A stretch of DNA of 64,000 bases from Promethearchaeota archaeon Loki_b32 (GCA_005223125.1 NJBH01000004.1:96001-160000); one strand, 5' to 3'; positions 8,756 to 19,524 are shown, numbered from the stretch's first letter. Numbers and translations are program-made. Notes: generated by a model not told the origin, from the sequence alone.

Positions 8756-10105
8756 CTATTTCTTTTTTATTTTTGAATGCCAATCAAAAAGTAATTTATA
8801 TCCTCTAACAGCTCGTTCTATCTCATTTTTAAAAATAGGAATTTTTAGTTCTGAAGCAGATTTAATAACTCTTTTAGCTCCTTCACGTTCTGCTTGAATT
8901 AGTATTGTAATTATTGGTTTGTTAGGAAAAGTTTTTTTAATTTTCTCAAAGATATTAAAATCGAATTCAATTTCGATGAAAAATTCTAAAGCTAATATTA
9001 AACCATCAACAGCATTATCTTGTAATAATGTTTTTGAAGATGTATTATAGATTTCACAAATTTTAGTACCAACAAACCTTTCTGGTGGCCAATAATCAAC
9101 TGGATTCCCTAAATTACATGTCGAACCCCTTACCTTATTAAGAATAATGTCTTTATGTTCTTTACTTACTTTAGCAAGTGATAATCCCTGATTTCTCATT
9201 TCTTTGACAATTAAATAAATTGCTCCTGAACTTGGCCCAACTATTCCCAGATTAGACCCTTTAGGTTCTGGACACCATAAAAATATTTTTGCTAAATCAA
9301 ATAGTTCTATATAATTTAAAACGCTGATCCCACCAACTTCAATTAACTTTTGTTCCCTAAATTCATCTTTCCCTACATAAAAAAATAAAACGGGCTTAAT
9401 CATAGCAACCTCTTCCACAGCATCAATTATACCATCTGTAATTTCTCTTAAAAAAAGAGAAATTACTTTGGTTTTCTCATCTTCTTTGAAATATTCTAAG
9501 ACATCTGCGTCATTAATGTCGAAGCCGTATCCTAAATGTATCACCTTAGAAATGGGTAATTCTTGAGATGGTGCCCACCACCCCATAGCTCCAGCTAATC
9601 CTCCTGATTGGGCAATAAAACTAATCCCTTCCTTTACTTTTCTATGTCTTTGCATAAGATACTGTCTTACAGGTATTATAGAGGTAGTAAAATTATTATT
9701 GAAATTAATAATACCCAACATTGAAGGTCCCATAAATGAGACTCCATACTTCTCACTTATATTAAGTAACTCATCTATCAATATTGGATCTTCAGTTTCA
9801 ATTCGAAATTCTGATTCAATAGCAATATTTTTTACTCCAAATTTCGCTAATTTTTCAAAAATTTCAGCTATTTTTCTCCCTACTACTACTACAGTTAATT
9901 CGGGAACCTCGGGGAGCTCGTCTAAAGAATGATAGGATTTAATACCCAAAATCTCATCTGCATTAGGATTTAAAACATATAATTTTCCGCGATAAAAAAT
10001 TTCTAAAAGATTCTTTAAAATAGTGTAGCTAAAAGTATAGGCTTTTCTTGAGACTCCGACTATTAAAATACTTTTCGGGTTAAAGAAAGGTTCGAGGTTT
10101 TTCAA
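8756..10105 (-). CDS. ADP-forming acyl-CoA synthetase alpha-subunit-like protein lacking the phospho-His loop
   Basis: FFNPKSILIVGVS CoA-binding fold, QSGG, NPVD. The SHTG segment is absent. Confidence 0.8.
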   Translation of the reverse strand: MKNLEPFFNPKSILIVGVSRKAYTFSYTILKNLLEIFYRGKLYVLNPNADEILGIKSYHSLDELPEVPELTVVVVGRKIAEIFEKLAKFGVKNIAIESEFRIETEDPILIDELLNISEKYGVSFMGPSMLGIINFNNNFTTSIIPVRQYLMQRHRKVKEGISFIAQSGGLAGAMGWWAPSQELPISKVIHLGYGFDINDADVLEYFKEDEKTKVISLFLREITDGIIDAVEEVAMIKPVLFFYVGKDEFREQKLIEVGGISVLNYIELFDLAKIFLWCPEPKGSNLGIVGPSSGAIYLIVKEMRNQGLSLAKVSKEHKDIILNKVRGSTCNLGNPVDYWPPERFVGTKICEIYNTSSKTLLQDNAVDGLILALEFFIEIEFDFNIFEKIKKTFPNKPIITILIQAEREGAKRVIKSASELKIPIFKNEIERAVRGYKLLFDWHSKIKKK

Positions 10106-10226
10106 GATAAGTTTTCAAATGGTTATAAAATTATTTAATTTTAGAATAATTGCAATCTATAATATTTCATAATTAAAACAGACTTATTTAAGTATTTTAT
10201 ATAAATCATAAATAATAGATTATTCA

Positions 10227-10822
10227 ATGATTTTATATAGCAGAAATAATTGTTCTAGGTCTTTTGTTTGGAATAGTTAATACTATGGTTCTACATTTAG
10301 CAAAAGCTATGGAGATGCATGGAATAGAAATTTTTTCAAGAAAGAAAACTTTCAAGCAAAAAGGAAAGAAGCCTTTAATCTATATAATTGGTTTTGCTTT
10401 GAATAATACAGTAATTATTTGGCAAATTTTAGGAACAACTTTTGCCTCAGCAGCTGTTTTTTCTAGTGGTTTTGGTTTAGGATTAATATTGTTGATGTTA
10501 TATTCACATTATATTTTACATGAAGAAATCAAAACTCCTGAGCTAATTGGAGCCCTATTAATTTTTTCTTGGATTATTAGCCCTTACCCTTACTCAAATA
10601 GGTTATGCTAAGGGGACTGAAGCATCAAAATTAGTCCCAATGTATAATTCATTATATATAACAGGTCCTGTTATTTTTGAACTAATAATTATAGAAGGAG
10701 CAACAGTCTCAATTGGGATAATTCTTTCAATCATAGTTATTATAGGAGGTGTTTTCTTAATGAATATCTTCAAAAAAAATGAAGAAGAATTGAATAGTGA
10801 AAAAATGAATTCTCTGAACTGA
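10227..10822 (+). pseudogene. Disrupted DMT/NIPA-like membrane transporter
   Basis: The ATG at 10227 is out of frame with the body. A frame switch near 10570 joins ...LIGALLIF to GLLALTLTQIGYAKGTEASKLVPMYNS. Split into ORFs 10264..10611 and 10640..10822. Confidence 0.6.
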
Positions 10823-10900
10823 ATTTAAATTATCTAATAAAATACAGCATCAGGTATTCTGCAATATAAAACAATAATATAATTTTAAATTAGGATTAAT

Positions 10901-11533
10901 CTAAGTTTTAGCAAGCTCTAATTCATAAATAGGGATTTCTCTCCTCTTCTTGGCATCATATAAAGGCAATCCCGATTTTTTTAAAAATTCTGGAGTTTTA
11001 TATTTCAGAATTACAGTTTGGCAACTGCTAGAGATCTTCATACGGGCAACACGAAGCCTATCTCGTACTAATGGTAAATCTCTAAGATAAGCACCCACTT
11101 CGAGTACTATTTGTCCTGCTCGAACACGGGCACAAACTCCAGTGGATCTTCCAAATGAGTTTCTCATGCCTGATTGTACGCGATCTGCACCGGCAAATGC
11201 CAACATTCTGTTCTCTCTATATTTTTGAAATGGTTTTGGTCGTATTCGAAGTCGATAATTTTGTCTACCAAGTTTTCTTTGGAGAACACCGTTGACAGTG
11301 ATTCTAATTGCTTCAAGAGTGTTTGAAGATATCTGAATTTGAGAATTTACCTTCAAACCAACTACAAGCTCAAAGTCTTCCCAAGGTATCTCTTTAGCCC
11401 CACCCCAGAACCTTACAATCTTGCTTTGCGCGCCACCACGTGCATATTCGCGTCTGCGATTTGATGATCTTTTATATTGATAAGGTCTCCTTGACCATTT
11501 TGAATAACAATGCCATGGACGCTTATGGGCGAT
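10901..11533 (-). CDS. rpl10e: 50S ribosomal protein uL16 (L10e), apparent ATC start
   Basis: RENRMLAFAGADRVQSGMRNSFG motif. The frame extends 59 codons upstream of the ORF-track start (AHKRPWHCYSKW...REYARGG..SKI) to an ATC 6 nt after AGGTGA. Confidence 0.93.
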   Translation of the reverse strand: MAHKRPWHCYSKWSRRPYQYKRSSNRRREYARGGAQSKIVRFWGGAKEIPWEDFELVVGLKVNSQIQISSNTLEAIRITVNGVLQRKLGRQNYRLRIRPKPFQKYRENRMLAFAGADRVQSGMRNSFGRSTGVCARVRAGQIVLEVGAYLRDLPLVRDRLRVARMKISSSCQTVILKYKTPEFLKKSGLPLYDAKKRREIPIYELELAKT

Positions 11534-11738
11534 GCCAAATCACCTTTTTGGTTAATCTATTTCAAGTTATTTGAGAATTGGTTAATTTAATTAAATAAAA
11601 TTTTTTTTATTACAATTGTTTAAAATTTGTTATTTCTAATAAGTTTTATTATAGCTATTGTCTACTGGATTGTTCAAATGATAATAAAAAGAAAACTTAC
11701 CTTGAGATAATAATTAAAAAAAAAATCATTAAGATTGG

Positions 11739-12152
11739 TTATTTTTTATTGAATTCATCTGGATTTCCACCAGATTCAAGGTGTTCTGCGTACTTTTTTA
11801 AACTTTTTAAGAGCATTTCTCCAGCGATTCCTAAAATAGTTTCTTGGTTTGCATCATCAAATTCAGTCCAGATTGTAGCTTCTATAATATCCCCCTTAGG
11901 TTTTAAAATATAACCCAAGCTTGTCATGGGGCTCCCTTCTTGAGTTGCAGCAAGACTTTCAGGTGCATTTGTTTCTATACGAGTAGACGTTATATCTCCA
12001 ACATTAGTTTTAAAAAAGTAATTACCTTCACCAAGTTTAGTAACTTCATTAACAACAATATTCCACTTGGGATAATTATCATCATCGTCAATAATTTGCC
12101 AAACTTTATCTTGAGATGCAGCAATATCGATTGTTCTTTCCAATTTTGGCAT
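11739..12152 (-). CDS. SRPBCC / polyketide cyclase-like protein
   Basis: IDIAASQDKVWQII.D...YPKW N-terminus and C-terminal LKSLKKYAE helix. Confidence 0.8.
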   Translation of the reverse strand: MPKLERTIDIAASQDKVWQIIDDDDNYPKWNIVVNEVTKLGEGNYFFKTNVGDITSTRIETNAPESLAATQEGSPMTSLGYILKPKGDIIEATIWTEFDDANQETILGIAGEMLLKSLKKYAEHLESGGNPDEFNKK

Positions 12153-12354
12153 TACTTTAACACCATTAGAATTTCTTTTATTAATAATAATAATGTGTAA
12201 AGAGATTGTTTAAAGTTATTAATAAAAGTTTTGATTTGTGTTTTTATATTCAATAACACTCAAAATTAAATAAGCTCCACATTTAAATTCTATATAGAAT
12301 AACCACATTATTCTCCTTAAACTTGATTTGAGAAATGTTTTCATCTTATAAATT

Positions 12355-13497
12355 ATGATAAATCAAGAAACCGCGTTAAGTCAAAAAACCGAATTATTGT
12401 GTAAAGGGTTGTATCTCGATAATTCTTTAATCCCCCAGTATAAAGAACAAGGAATTAACATAGATTTCGGACGAAAAGGAGGAGCAGGTCCATCTGGAGG
12501 AAGATATTTTTTATTAGAAGAAGGTTCCAGTTTAGTAAATGTTGCTCTCTGGAATACACCCAATAATAGGGAATTATTTTTAAAAGATTACAAGAATGGT
12601 TATTTTGAAGTGTTTAATGAAAAGAATAAAGAATCATTTGGAAGATTAAAGTTAATTCAAAACCCCCGATTTTATAGTCCTAATTTTAAAACTTCTGACG
12701 GAATTCCAATGAAAAAGATAGCTTTAGTACATGGAATAGACTGTCTTGCAAGTACAATATATCAAAAATGTGTTTATTGGGGATGTGGAGAGGCATGTAC
12801 CTTCTGTGGTATTGAAGTTAGTCTACAAAATGATGCAACTATATTAGAAAAGAATGCTAAACAGATGTCAGAGGTAATCACCATGGCGAAAAAAGAAGGT
12901 AGATGCTCTCACATGACACTAACAAGTGGTACAGATGAAACTGTCGACAAGGGAGCTAATCGTTATGTAAAATTATTAAAAGGAGTTAAAAGTGACCATC
13001 CAGATATTCCAATTCATGTACAAATTGAAGCCTTAGAAGATTTAATCTATATTAATAAATTAAAAGAAGCGGGAGCAGATACCATTGGGATTCATATAGA
13101 AGTTTTAGATAATACTTTAAGAAAGGAAATTACCCCAGGTAAATTCAGTATTTCCTATAATTTATTTGAAAAAAACTGGAAGCATGCGATTGATACTTTT
13201 GGCAAAAACCAAGTTAGTAGTTATGTTTTAACGGGATTTGGAGAATCTAAGGGTGAGTTCATAAAAGATATTGAAAAAGTCATCTCATTAGGAGTTATAC
13301 CGTATATAACACCAGTAAGACCTATTCCAGGTAAAAGATATTTACCTAACACCAATTTTGAAGATTTACTAGACATATATAAAGACAGTGGAAAACTGAT
13401 GAGGGTATATGGAGTTAATCCTTTAGAAAATAAAGCTGGATGTGTTCGATGCGGGGGTTGCTCAGCGATTAAAGAAGCTTACATTGAAGCGAAATAA
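12355..13497 (+). CDS. Radical SAM protein, MSMEG_0568-like family
   Basis: RKGGAGPS, LVHGIDCLASTIYQKC...CTFC (atypical CX8CX2C spacing), C-terminal AGCVRCGGCS. Confidence 0.8.
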   Translation: MINQETALSQKTELLCKGLYLDNSLIPQYKEQGINIDFGRKGGAGPSGGRYFLLEEGSSLVNVALWNTPNNRELFLKDYKNGYFEVFNEKNKESFGRLKLIQNPRFYSPNFKTSDGIPMKKIALVHGIDCLASTIYQKCVYWGCGEACTFCGIEVSLQNDATILEKNAKQMSEVITMAKKEGRCSHMTLTSGTDETVDKGANRYVKLLKGVKSDHPDIPIHVQIEALEDLIYINKLKEAGADTIGIHIEVLDNTLRKEITPGKFSISYNLFEKNWKHAIDTFGKNQVSSYVLTGFGESKGEFIKDIEKVISLGVIPYITPVRPIPGKRYLPNTNFEDLLDIYKDSGKLMRVYGVNPLENKAGCVRCGGCSAIKEAYIEAK

Positions 13498-13547
13498 ATC
13501 AGTAAAAAAGTAGAAAAAAATAAAAAAAAAATAACATATCTTTCAAT

Positions 13548-14354
13548 TTAATCTCTTACTTGCGTTCCGCATTCACCGCAAAATTTCCCAGTATCATTTA
13601 ATTTAGCCCCACATAATGGACAAAATTTAATGAGGTCTGTTACTTCTTGAACGGGAACTGGAGCAGGGGCTACAACATGAGTGGAAGCAGGAATATAAGC
13701 AGGTTGTTGTTCTGGGACTAAGCCTGGTTGTTTGCTTATTACTGGTTTCTGATCAGCAATTTTCGATAATGTGAAATACCCAATTAATTGGAATATCCAA
13801 CCTATTACTATAGGTATGATTAAAAATCCGAGTACCCATAACATAGCTCCACTTCGTAATTTTTCTACGCCATCGATCGCATCTTTCCCCATCTTTGGAA
13901 ACATTTCTCTGTTTTGTACAATAAAAGATTTTAAATTATCCCAAGCACCTACTTCAATGGCAGATCCTACTATCATAAGAATAAATCCAATAATAAACAA
14001 GGTTATTATAGGAATAAATCTCATAAATGGTCCACCAATATATGGAATATAAGCACCATAAAAGCCTAATAGGACACCAGCTAACCACACACACGCTACA
14101 TTGAGGATTATTGCTCCAATAAATTTGATTATACTCGCGGTTAAATACCTTGTACGAAATTCCTCTAGATGTGGATTCTTCAGTTCGCGATTTATTTTAT
14201 TAAAATCGTTTATTAGTACAATTATTAAAATTAACTGAATAATGAGAGCAACAAAAGCAATATATGGAATAATTATCAGGATTAAAAGTCCACCAACGTT
14301 TCGTAAATTTTTTCCAAACTTCATCCATTTCATTTCTAAATTCGAACTTGACAT
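13548..14354 (-). CDS. Multi-pass membrane protein (DUF973-like) with C-terminal zinc ribbon
   Basis: Several TM helices, Pro-rich linker, FCPLCGAKL...FCGECG. Confidence 0.75.
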   Translation of the reverse strand: MSSSNLEMKWMKFGKNLRNVGGLLILIIIPYIAFVALIIQLILIIVLINDFNKINRELKNPHLEEFRTRYLTASIIKFIGAIILNVACVWLAGVLLGFYGAYIPYIGGPFMRFIPIITLFIIGFILMIVGSAIEVGAWDNLKSFIVQNREMFPKMGKDAIDGVEKLRSGAMLWVLGFLIIPIVIGWIFQLIGYFTLSKIADQKPVISKQPGLVPEQQPAYIPASTHVVAPAPVPVQEVTDLIKFCPLCGAKLNDTGKFCGECGTQVRD

Positions 14355-14699
14355 TTGTAAATACCAATTTACGTACTTTAATTTTTAATTAAAGTGTATT
14401 TTTTATAATTATTATAATTATTGGGGACCAATTTTTAAGTTCTCTGATCTTTCGGGCAATGAGCTTAGATAAATGAAGAAGGATGTTAACAATAATAATA
14501 ATAAAATACAGAAATTATTTGATTTTTTTGGTGATTTTGAAAAGAATATATCAATATCACTATGAAAGATATTATTAAGTTTATTAGGGAGGATGCAAAA
14601 TCTAAATTGCATTAAGTTTAAATATACCTTATAATCTATTAACAAATACTATTTCAAATTTATTTAACAAAAAATAACTGTAATAGCTAGGCGAATAAT

Positions 14700-15635
14700 A
14701 TGACAGAATTAATTTTTAAAATAGGATTCCCCGTAGTACTACTTGTACTTCTAATAATTATTTTCATAAGTAGTAGATCTAATAAAAGACCAGACCAAGA
14801 GTTTATGAGTTGTGATGAATTTTTAAAAGATTGGCTAAAAGATCACGGACAAGCTCATAAGTTGGAGGAACAATTTGCACAAATGAAAAAAGATCCAGCT
14901 GGTAAACTTTATATGCCGATTACTTATAAAGGTGGAAAGTTCTTTATAAAATGGGGTTTAACTCCAAATAAAGTATCATATATAAATTTAATATTCTCAT
15001 TTCTTATATTTTACGGCGTCTTAATGGCGGGTGAAGGACATACACTTGATTTATTTACTAAACAACCCTTATATGGTTCTTGGTTTTTTGCACTTGGTGT
15101 ACTAGTATTGTTTACAGGGATAATTGATGGGATTGATGGTGCAATAGCAAGATTACTGGATATAAAATCTAAAAGTGGAGCATGGTTAGATAATGTGATT
15201 GACAGGGTCAGTGATACATTAATGCTAGTATGTCTAATTCCTACTAGCCTTTCTGTTTTATCAATCAATAGCTTTGATTTTGATTTTAAGTGGATGATTT
15301 GGACTAACATATTTCTGATTTTCATCTATGAATATATGAGAGCTAGACATGAAGGGTTAGGATTACATGAAACAAAGCCATTTGTTGGTGAAAGGATAAC
15401 TCGAGTATTAGTTATTACCACGTTTTTTATAATCTATGGTGCTTCGAGCTTTACGATGTTATTAACAACTTTGATAAATCCGTCAGCTACAATTTGGTCT
15501 GTATCACATGAGGGAGTAACAACTTGGTGTATGTTTATTTTTCAAATCCTTTTATTGGGGATTATGATCTATTCATTAATGGGATTTGGGAAATATATCT
15601 GGAAAAACCTAAAAATATTGGATAAAGAAAAATAA
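14700..15635 (+). CDS. CDP-alcohol phosphatidyltransferase family protein
   Basis: TPN motif and DGIDGAIAR...GAWLDNVIDRVSD signature. Confidence 0.92.
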   Translation: MTELIFKIGFPVVLLVLLIIIFISSRSNKRPDQEFMSCDEFLKDWLKDHGQAHKLEEQFAQMKKDPAGKLYMPITYKGGKFFIKWGLTPNKVSYINLIFSFLIFYGVLMAGEGHTLDLFTKQPLYGSWFFALGVLVLFTGIIDGIDGAIARLLDIKSKSGAWLDNVIDRVSDTLMLVCLIPTSLSVLSINSFDFDFKWMIWTNIFLIFIYEYMRARHEGLGLHETKPFVGERITRVLVITTFFIIYGASSFTMLLTTLINPSATIWSVSHEGVTTWCMFIFQILLLGIMIYSLMGFGKYIWKNLKILDKEK

Positions 15636-15652
15636 AAAAGAGATTTTAAAAA

Positions 15653-17005
15653 ATGAAAACATCAAAACTAATATTATATGGTTCCATTTGCGTAGCATTA
15701 TTTGTTCTCTTTCATATGTATTCTCCCCCTATTTTTTCATCAGGTGTAAAGAGAGCAATTGACCGGTTCATTCTTGATCCTTTAGCTTACTGGTTGTTCA
15801 TATTTCCATTAATAGGATTACTCATGTTGTTAGGATTTATAATTTATTATGGAATGCATTTCTTTGCATCTTTTGGTAGTGGATATCGAGCTAAAACACC
15901 TTATTATGCTGACATAAGTATATTAATTGCGTCTAAAAATGAGAAAGTATTATTAGAAAGAACCTTGAATTCCATTGTTGACTCAGATTATCCTAAAGAA
16001 AAAATTCAATTAATTGTAATTACTAGTGGATCAACTGATGGTACAGCTGAATTTTGTAATAATTTTGCTAAAGAACATAGTACAATCGATATGAAAGTTT
16101 TATCAGAGGATCTCCCAAAAAAAGGAAAGCCTCCAGCCCTAAATTATGGTCTAAAGTACGTAAAAAATGAGATTGTTGTTCTTTATGATTCTGGTTGCAT
16201 TTTACAGAAAAACACTTTAAAAAGTCTAATAGCTCCTTTTCAAAAACCTAAAATTCATGCCGTAATTGGCCCTGTCTTGGTTAAAAATTGGAAAGATAAT
16301 AAATTGACAAGAGGAATTGTTCTTGATTATGCTATTGTATCTGGTGGTGGATTGCTTTTTGAAATTAAAAATAGATTAGGAGCATCAGCTTATTCATTTG
16401 GACGAAATTTTGCGGTTAGCACGAAATATCTTCAGAAATATGGTGGTTTTAATGAAGATTCGATGACAGAAGATCTTTATCTTTCAGTACTTTTGAGTTT
16501 GGATGGTGTACAAATATTCTTTTCTCCAAAAGCAAAGGTTTATGAATACGTCCCAAACACCTGGGAGATTTTAACAAAACAACGCACCCGGTGGTTAGCG
16601 GGATTTATTTTTGATATGCCACAATTAATGTCGATGAAAAGTGAAAATAAAAATGGGAAAACCTTAATTATCTCGAGAAATATGACCATGATGATTATAG
16701 GAAATATTGATACATGGATACCAATAGTAATTGGATTTTCAATCCTTCATTTTTTGATTGGGGAATATTATTTACTAATTTGGGATCTTGCCTGCTTATT
16801 TTTCCAAGTTGGCTTCTTGTTCAATGCCGTCCGAAAATATGGAGATAAGCATTATAGTGTTTTATTAATATTTCTAATTAGTGGTTATATCCATCTCTAT
16901 ATGTTCTTACGTCAATTTTCTCTTCCGAAAGAAATAAGTTGGGAAAAAACTCCTATGATATTAGAAAAACAAGAGATTGAAATAAAGGCTTTATCTACGG
17001 CATAA
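15653..17005 (+). CDS. Membrane GT2 glycosyltransferase (cellulose-synthase-like)
   Basis: GKPPALN, YDS (DxD-like), TED, QRTRW (QxxRW). TM helices at both ends. Confidence 0.9.
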   Translation: MKTSKLILYGSICVALFVLFHMYSPPIFSSGVKRAIDRFILDPLAYWLFIFPLIGLLMLLGFIIYYGMHFFASFGSGYRAKTPYYADISILIASKNEKVLLERTLNSIVDSDYPKEKIQLIVITSGSTDGTAEFCNNFAKEHSTIDMKVLSEDLPKKGKPPALNYGLKYVKNEIVVLYDSGCILQKNTLKSLIAPFQKPKIHAVIGPVLVKNWKDNKLTRGIVLDYAIVSGGGLLFEIKNRLGASAYSFGRNFAVSTKYLQKYGGFNEDSMTEDLYLSVLLSLDGVQIFFSPKAKVYEYVPNTWEILTKQRTRWLAGFIFDMPQLMSMKSENKNGKTLIISRNMTMMIIGNIDTWIPIVIGFSILHFLIGEYYLLIWDLACLFFQVGFLFNAVRKYGDKHYSVLLIFLISGYIHLYMFLRQFSLPKEISWEKTPMILEKQEIEIKALSTA

Positions 17006-17062
17006 CTTTTTTATATTTTAATTAATATTTTTTTATATTTAATAGTATATATACTAAAATAT

Positions 17063-18373
17063 GTGGTGAAATTGTTGTTTAAATTCCAGGATCATCTACC
17101 AACAGAATTAGAAAGAAAATATTTTGATTTTAAAGCACGAGATTACCCAGAAGAGAAATTTTGTGAGGATTTACTAACACAAATTAGTCAATCTTATAAT
17201 AATTGTAAATATTATCAAGAGAATGTATGTAAGAAGTTCGGATTTACAATTCCAGACGAATTATCAATTAAGGATTTAGAAAACATTCCTTATATACCAA
17301 CTGATATTTATAAAAAGTCAGAAAACCGAACAGTAGGACTTTTAAAAGCACCTCTTAATAAGATAGGTTTATTCTCATGTTCCTCCTCCACAACAGGAGA
17401 TCCCTCGATAGTGCCTCGAACAATAGATGATTTTGATCAATTACAATATAACTCAATTAAGGTATTTACAGAATTTTTCAGATGGAAGGATTTAAAAATT
17501 GGTCCAAAAAGATGTGTCGTTTTTAATTTTTCCCCAAATCGTAAATTTATGACAATGATGGCAAAAAGGAGAGTAAAAGGATTTGAGTACGTTAATAAAA
17601 CTCGTTATTTCACAGCATGTATGAATAAACCTTGGGAATATTATGGACATGAAGAATATATGGTAAAAATAAAATGGTTAAAGACAATTTGGGCTATAAT
17701 TTCAACCTTTTCATTAAAAGGGGGCTTTATTTTAGATGTAAGCAAAATGTTGAAAATGGTTAAAAAAATTAAAGAAACAGGGTTTTGGAAAGGAATAGAA
17801 GTAAGCAAAATTGTATTTGGCGGAAGTGCACTTCTAATGAATAATATGTTCAATAAAAGGTTATTGCAAGAAAATGTATTTTATGATCTCGAAAATATCT
17901 CTTTTGTTGGGTGTGGTGGAGGAGGATGGGATGGAGTTAAAGGTGAAGCAAAAATGGATGCTGTAGATAAAGTCAATTTTATTGAAAATTATGAAAAAGT
18001 GTTTAATATTAAACCTAAAAACATTGGAGATATTTACGCATTTACCGAAGGACCGACTCTTTTTGGGGGTCATTGGTCTGAAAAATACCAAGATTTCTTG
18101 CTACATTGTCCTAATACATCTAGGATTATCGTTAGAGATCTAGAAGATTTAAATCCTGTTAATAAAAATATGGAAGGTTTACTTGAGGTAATAACTCCTT
18201 ATGGGGTGAATGGGAGCATAAATCAAGCAGTGATTGTTGATGATATTGTGGAACTTATTTCAAAAGATAAATGTCCAGAATGTGGTTATGAAGGTGCTAC
18301 ATTTAGAGTCATAGGAAGATTAAAAAATGCTCAGGGAAAAAGTTGTTCTTCGTTAATTGATTGGCTTCACTAA
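17063..18373 (+). CDS. LuxE-family acyl-protein synthetase
   Basis: IPYIPTDIYK, SSSTTGDPS, GGGGW, DIYAFTE, GRLKNAQGKSCS with terminal Cys as in LuxE-like proteins. Confidence 0.8.
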   Translation: MVKLLFKFQDHLPTELERKYFDFKARDYPEEKFCEDLLTQISQSYNNCKYYQENVCKKFGFTIPDELSIKDLENIPYIPTDIYKKSENRTVGLLKAPLNKIGLFSCSSSTTGDPSIVPRTIDDFDQLQYNSIKVFTEFFRWKDLKIGPKRCVVFNFSPNRKFMTMMAKRRVKGFEYVNKTRYFTACMNKPWEYYGHEEYMVKIKWLKTIWAIISTFSLKGGFILDVSKMLKMVKKIKETGFWKGIEVSKIVFGGSALLMNNMFNKRLLQENVFYDLENISFVGCGGGGWDGVKGEAKMDAVDKVNFIENYEKVFNIKPKNIGDIYAFTEGPTLFGGHWSEKYQDFLLHCPNTSRIIVRDLEDLNPVNKNMEGLLEVITPYGVNGSINQAVIVDDIVELISKDKCPECGYEGATFRVIGRLKNAQGKSCSSLIDWLH

Positions 18374-18408
18374 TTTTTTTAAATTAAATGGTATTATTAC
18401 TACCCTAT

Positions 18409-19524
18409 TTAATAGTCTTTATTCACCATTTTTTTTTCATCTTTAGTTAATTCCCGTACAGCTCTGGCAGGAGAACCAAACGCAATCGAAAATGGGGGAA
18501 TATCTTCGCTTACTAATGAATTTGCTCCAATTATCGATCCCTCTCCGATTGTAACTCCTGGTAAAACAACAGAATATGCACCTATTCTCGCATTTTTACC
18601 TATTTTAATAGGTCCAAAACTGAAACTTCCATGCTGTATATTCATTGCATTATGAGTTAATAATTTTACACCAATACCACAACCACTACCATCTTCAAAT
18701 TCAATTAATTCAGGTAAGAGAGGATCAGGTATTGCCTTCTGTGAAATATGGCAATTATTACCGATTTTCATTCCAGTAAACCGAAATAATACATTTCTTG
18801 CTCGTGGCCACCCTGTTAAATATGTAATTATTAATGATATTAAGTGATTAAAAGCACCTCTTACAAACCAAGATACAGAATAACCTTTAGACTGAAGATA
18901 TTGTGCAATAATTAACATTGGTACAGGAGTGAAGATATGTTCATCAGTGTCTATATTAATATTAGTTATTTTACCCTTAACTTCAATTTCAAATTCTGGT
19001 CTTCTCTTTTTCCATATTTTTCTAGCTTTAATCAAATCCTTAAAAAAAATAAGAAAATCAGTACTCACTAAAAATAAGAATAACCCTAATGCAAATATTA
19101 TTGGTAAAAAGAGTATAAGAAACATTAACCTTGTATTAAGAGTTATTTCTTGATTGAATATAATACTAAAATAAGCATAATGACTTGCTATAAATGTAAC
19201 TAATACAAATCCACATAAACTAAAGACATATATTATGGAACCTGTCATATGTTTTACTTTTGCTAAATTATATCCAAAAACATATAATACAAGAAAAAGC
19301 GCATAGCAAATAAAAATCCCAGCATAGACAAATATAGTATAATTATAAAATAACAATAATAACCATGGTCTTAACAAATTGTAAATGAAATCCATCCATG
19401 GAATCGATAGAAAAATCTGATTAAATATTAATAATACTATAAATAATGCGCTTAAAATTAAGAAAATAAATGAAAAAATGAATCCCTTCGTCCAAAATTT
19501 CATTTTACCTGAGACTTTAGACAT
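18409..19524 (-). CDS. Membrane-anchored hexapeptide-repeat (LbH) acyltransferase
   Basis: About 4 N-terminal TM helices. GMKIG, LLTH, IKIGKNARIGAYSVVLPGVTIGEGSIIGANSLV...GSPA. Confidence 0.88.
   Translation of the reverse strand: MSKVSGKMKFWTKGFIFSFIFLILSALFIVLLIFNQIFLSIPWMDFIYNLLRPWLLLLFYNYTIFVYAGIFICYALFLVLYVFGYNLAKVKHMTGSIIYVFSLCGFVLVTFIASHYAYFSIIFNQEITLNTRLMFLILFLPIIFALGLFLFLVSTDFLIFFKDLIKARKIWKKRRPEFEIEVKGKITNINIDTDEHIFTPVPMLIIAQYLQSKGYSVSWFVRGAFNHLISLIITYLTGWPRARNVLFRFTGMKIGNNCHISQKAIPDPLLPELIEFEDGSGCGIGVKLLTHNAMNIQHGSFSFGPIKIGKNARIGAYSVVLPGVTIGEGSIIGANSLVSEDIPPFSIAFGSPARAVRELTKDEKKMVNKDY

Noticed and set aside
14418-14645. 75-aa ORF in a divergent intergenic region
   Set aside because: Low-complexity AT-rich promoter region with no motif or SD.
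17063-18373. Bioluminescence (lux) operon
   Set aside because: Only a LuxE-like gene is present; there is no luxA, B, C or D in the window.
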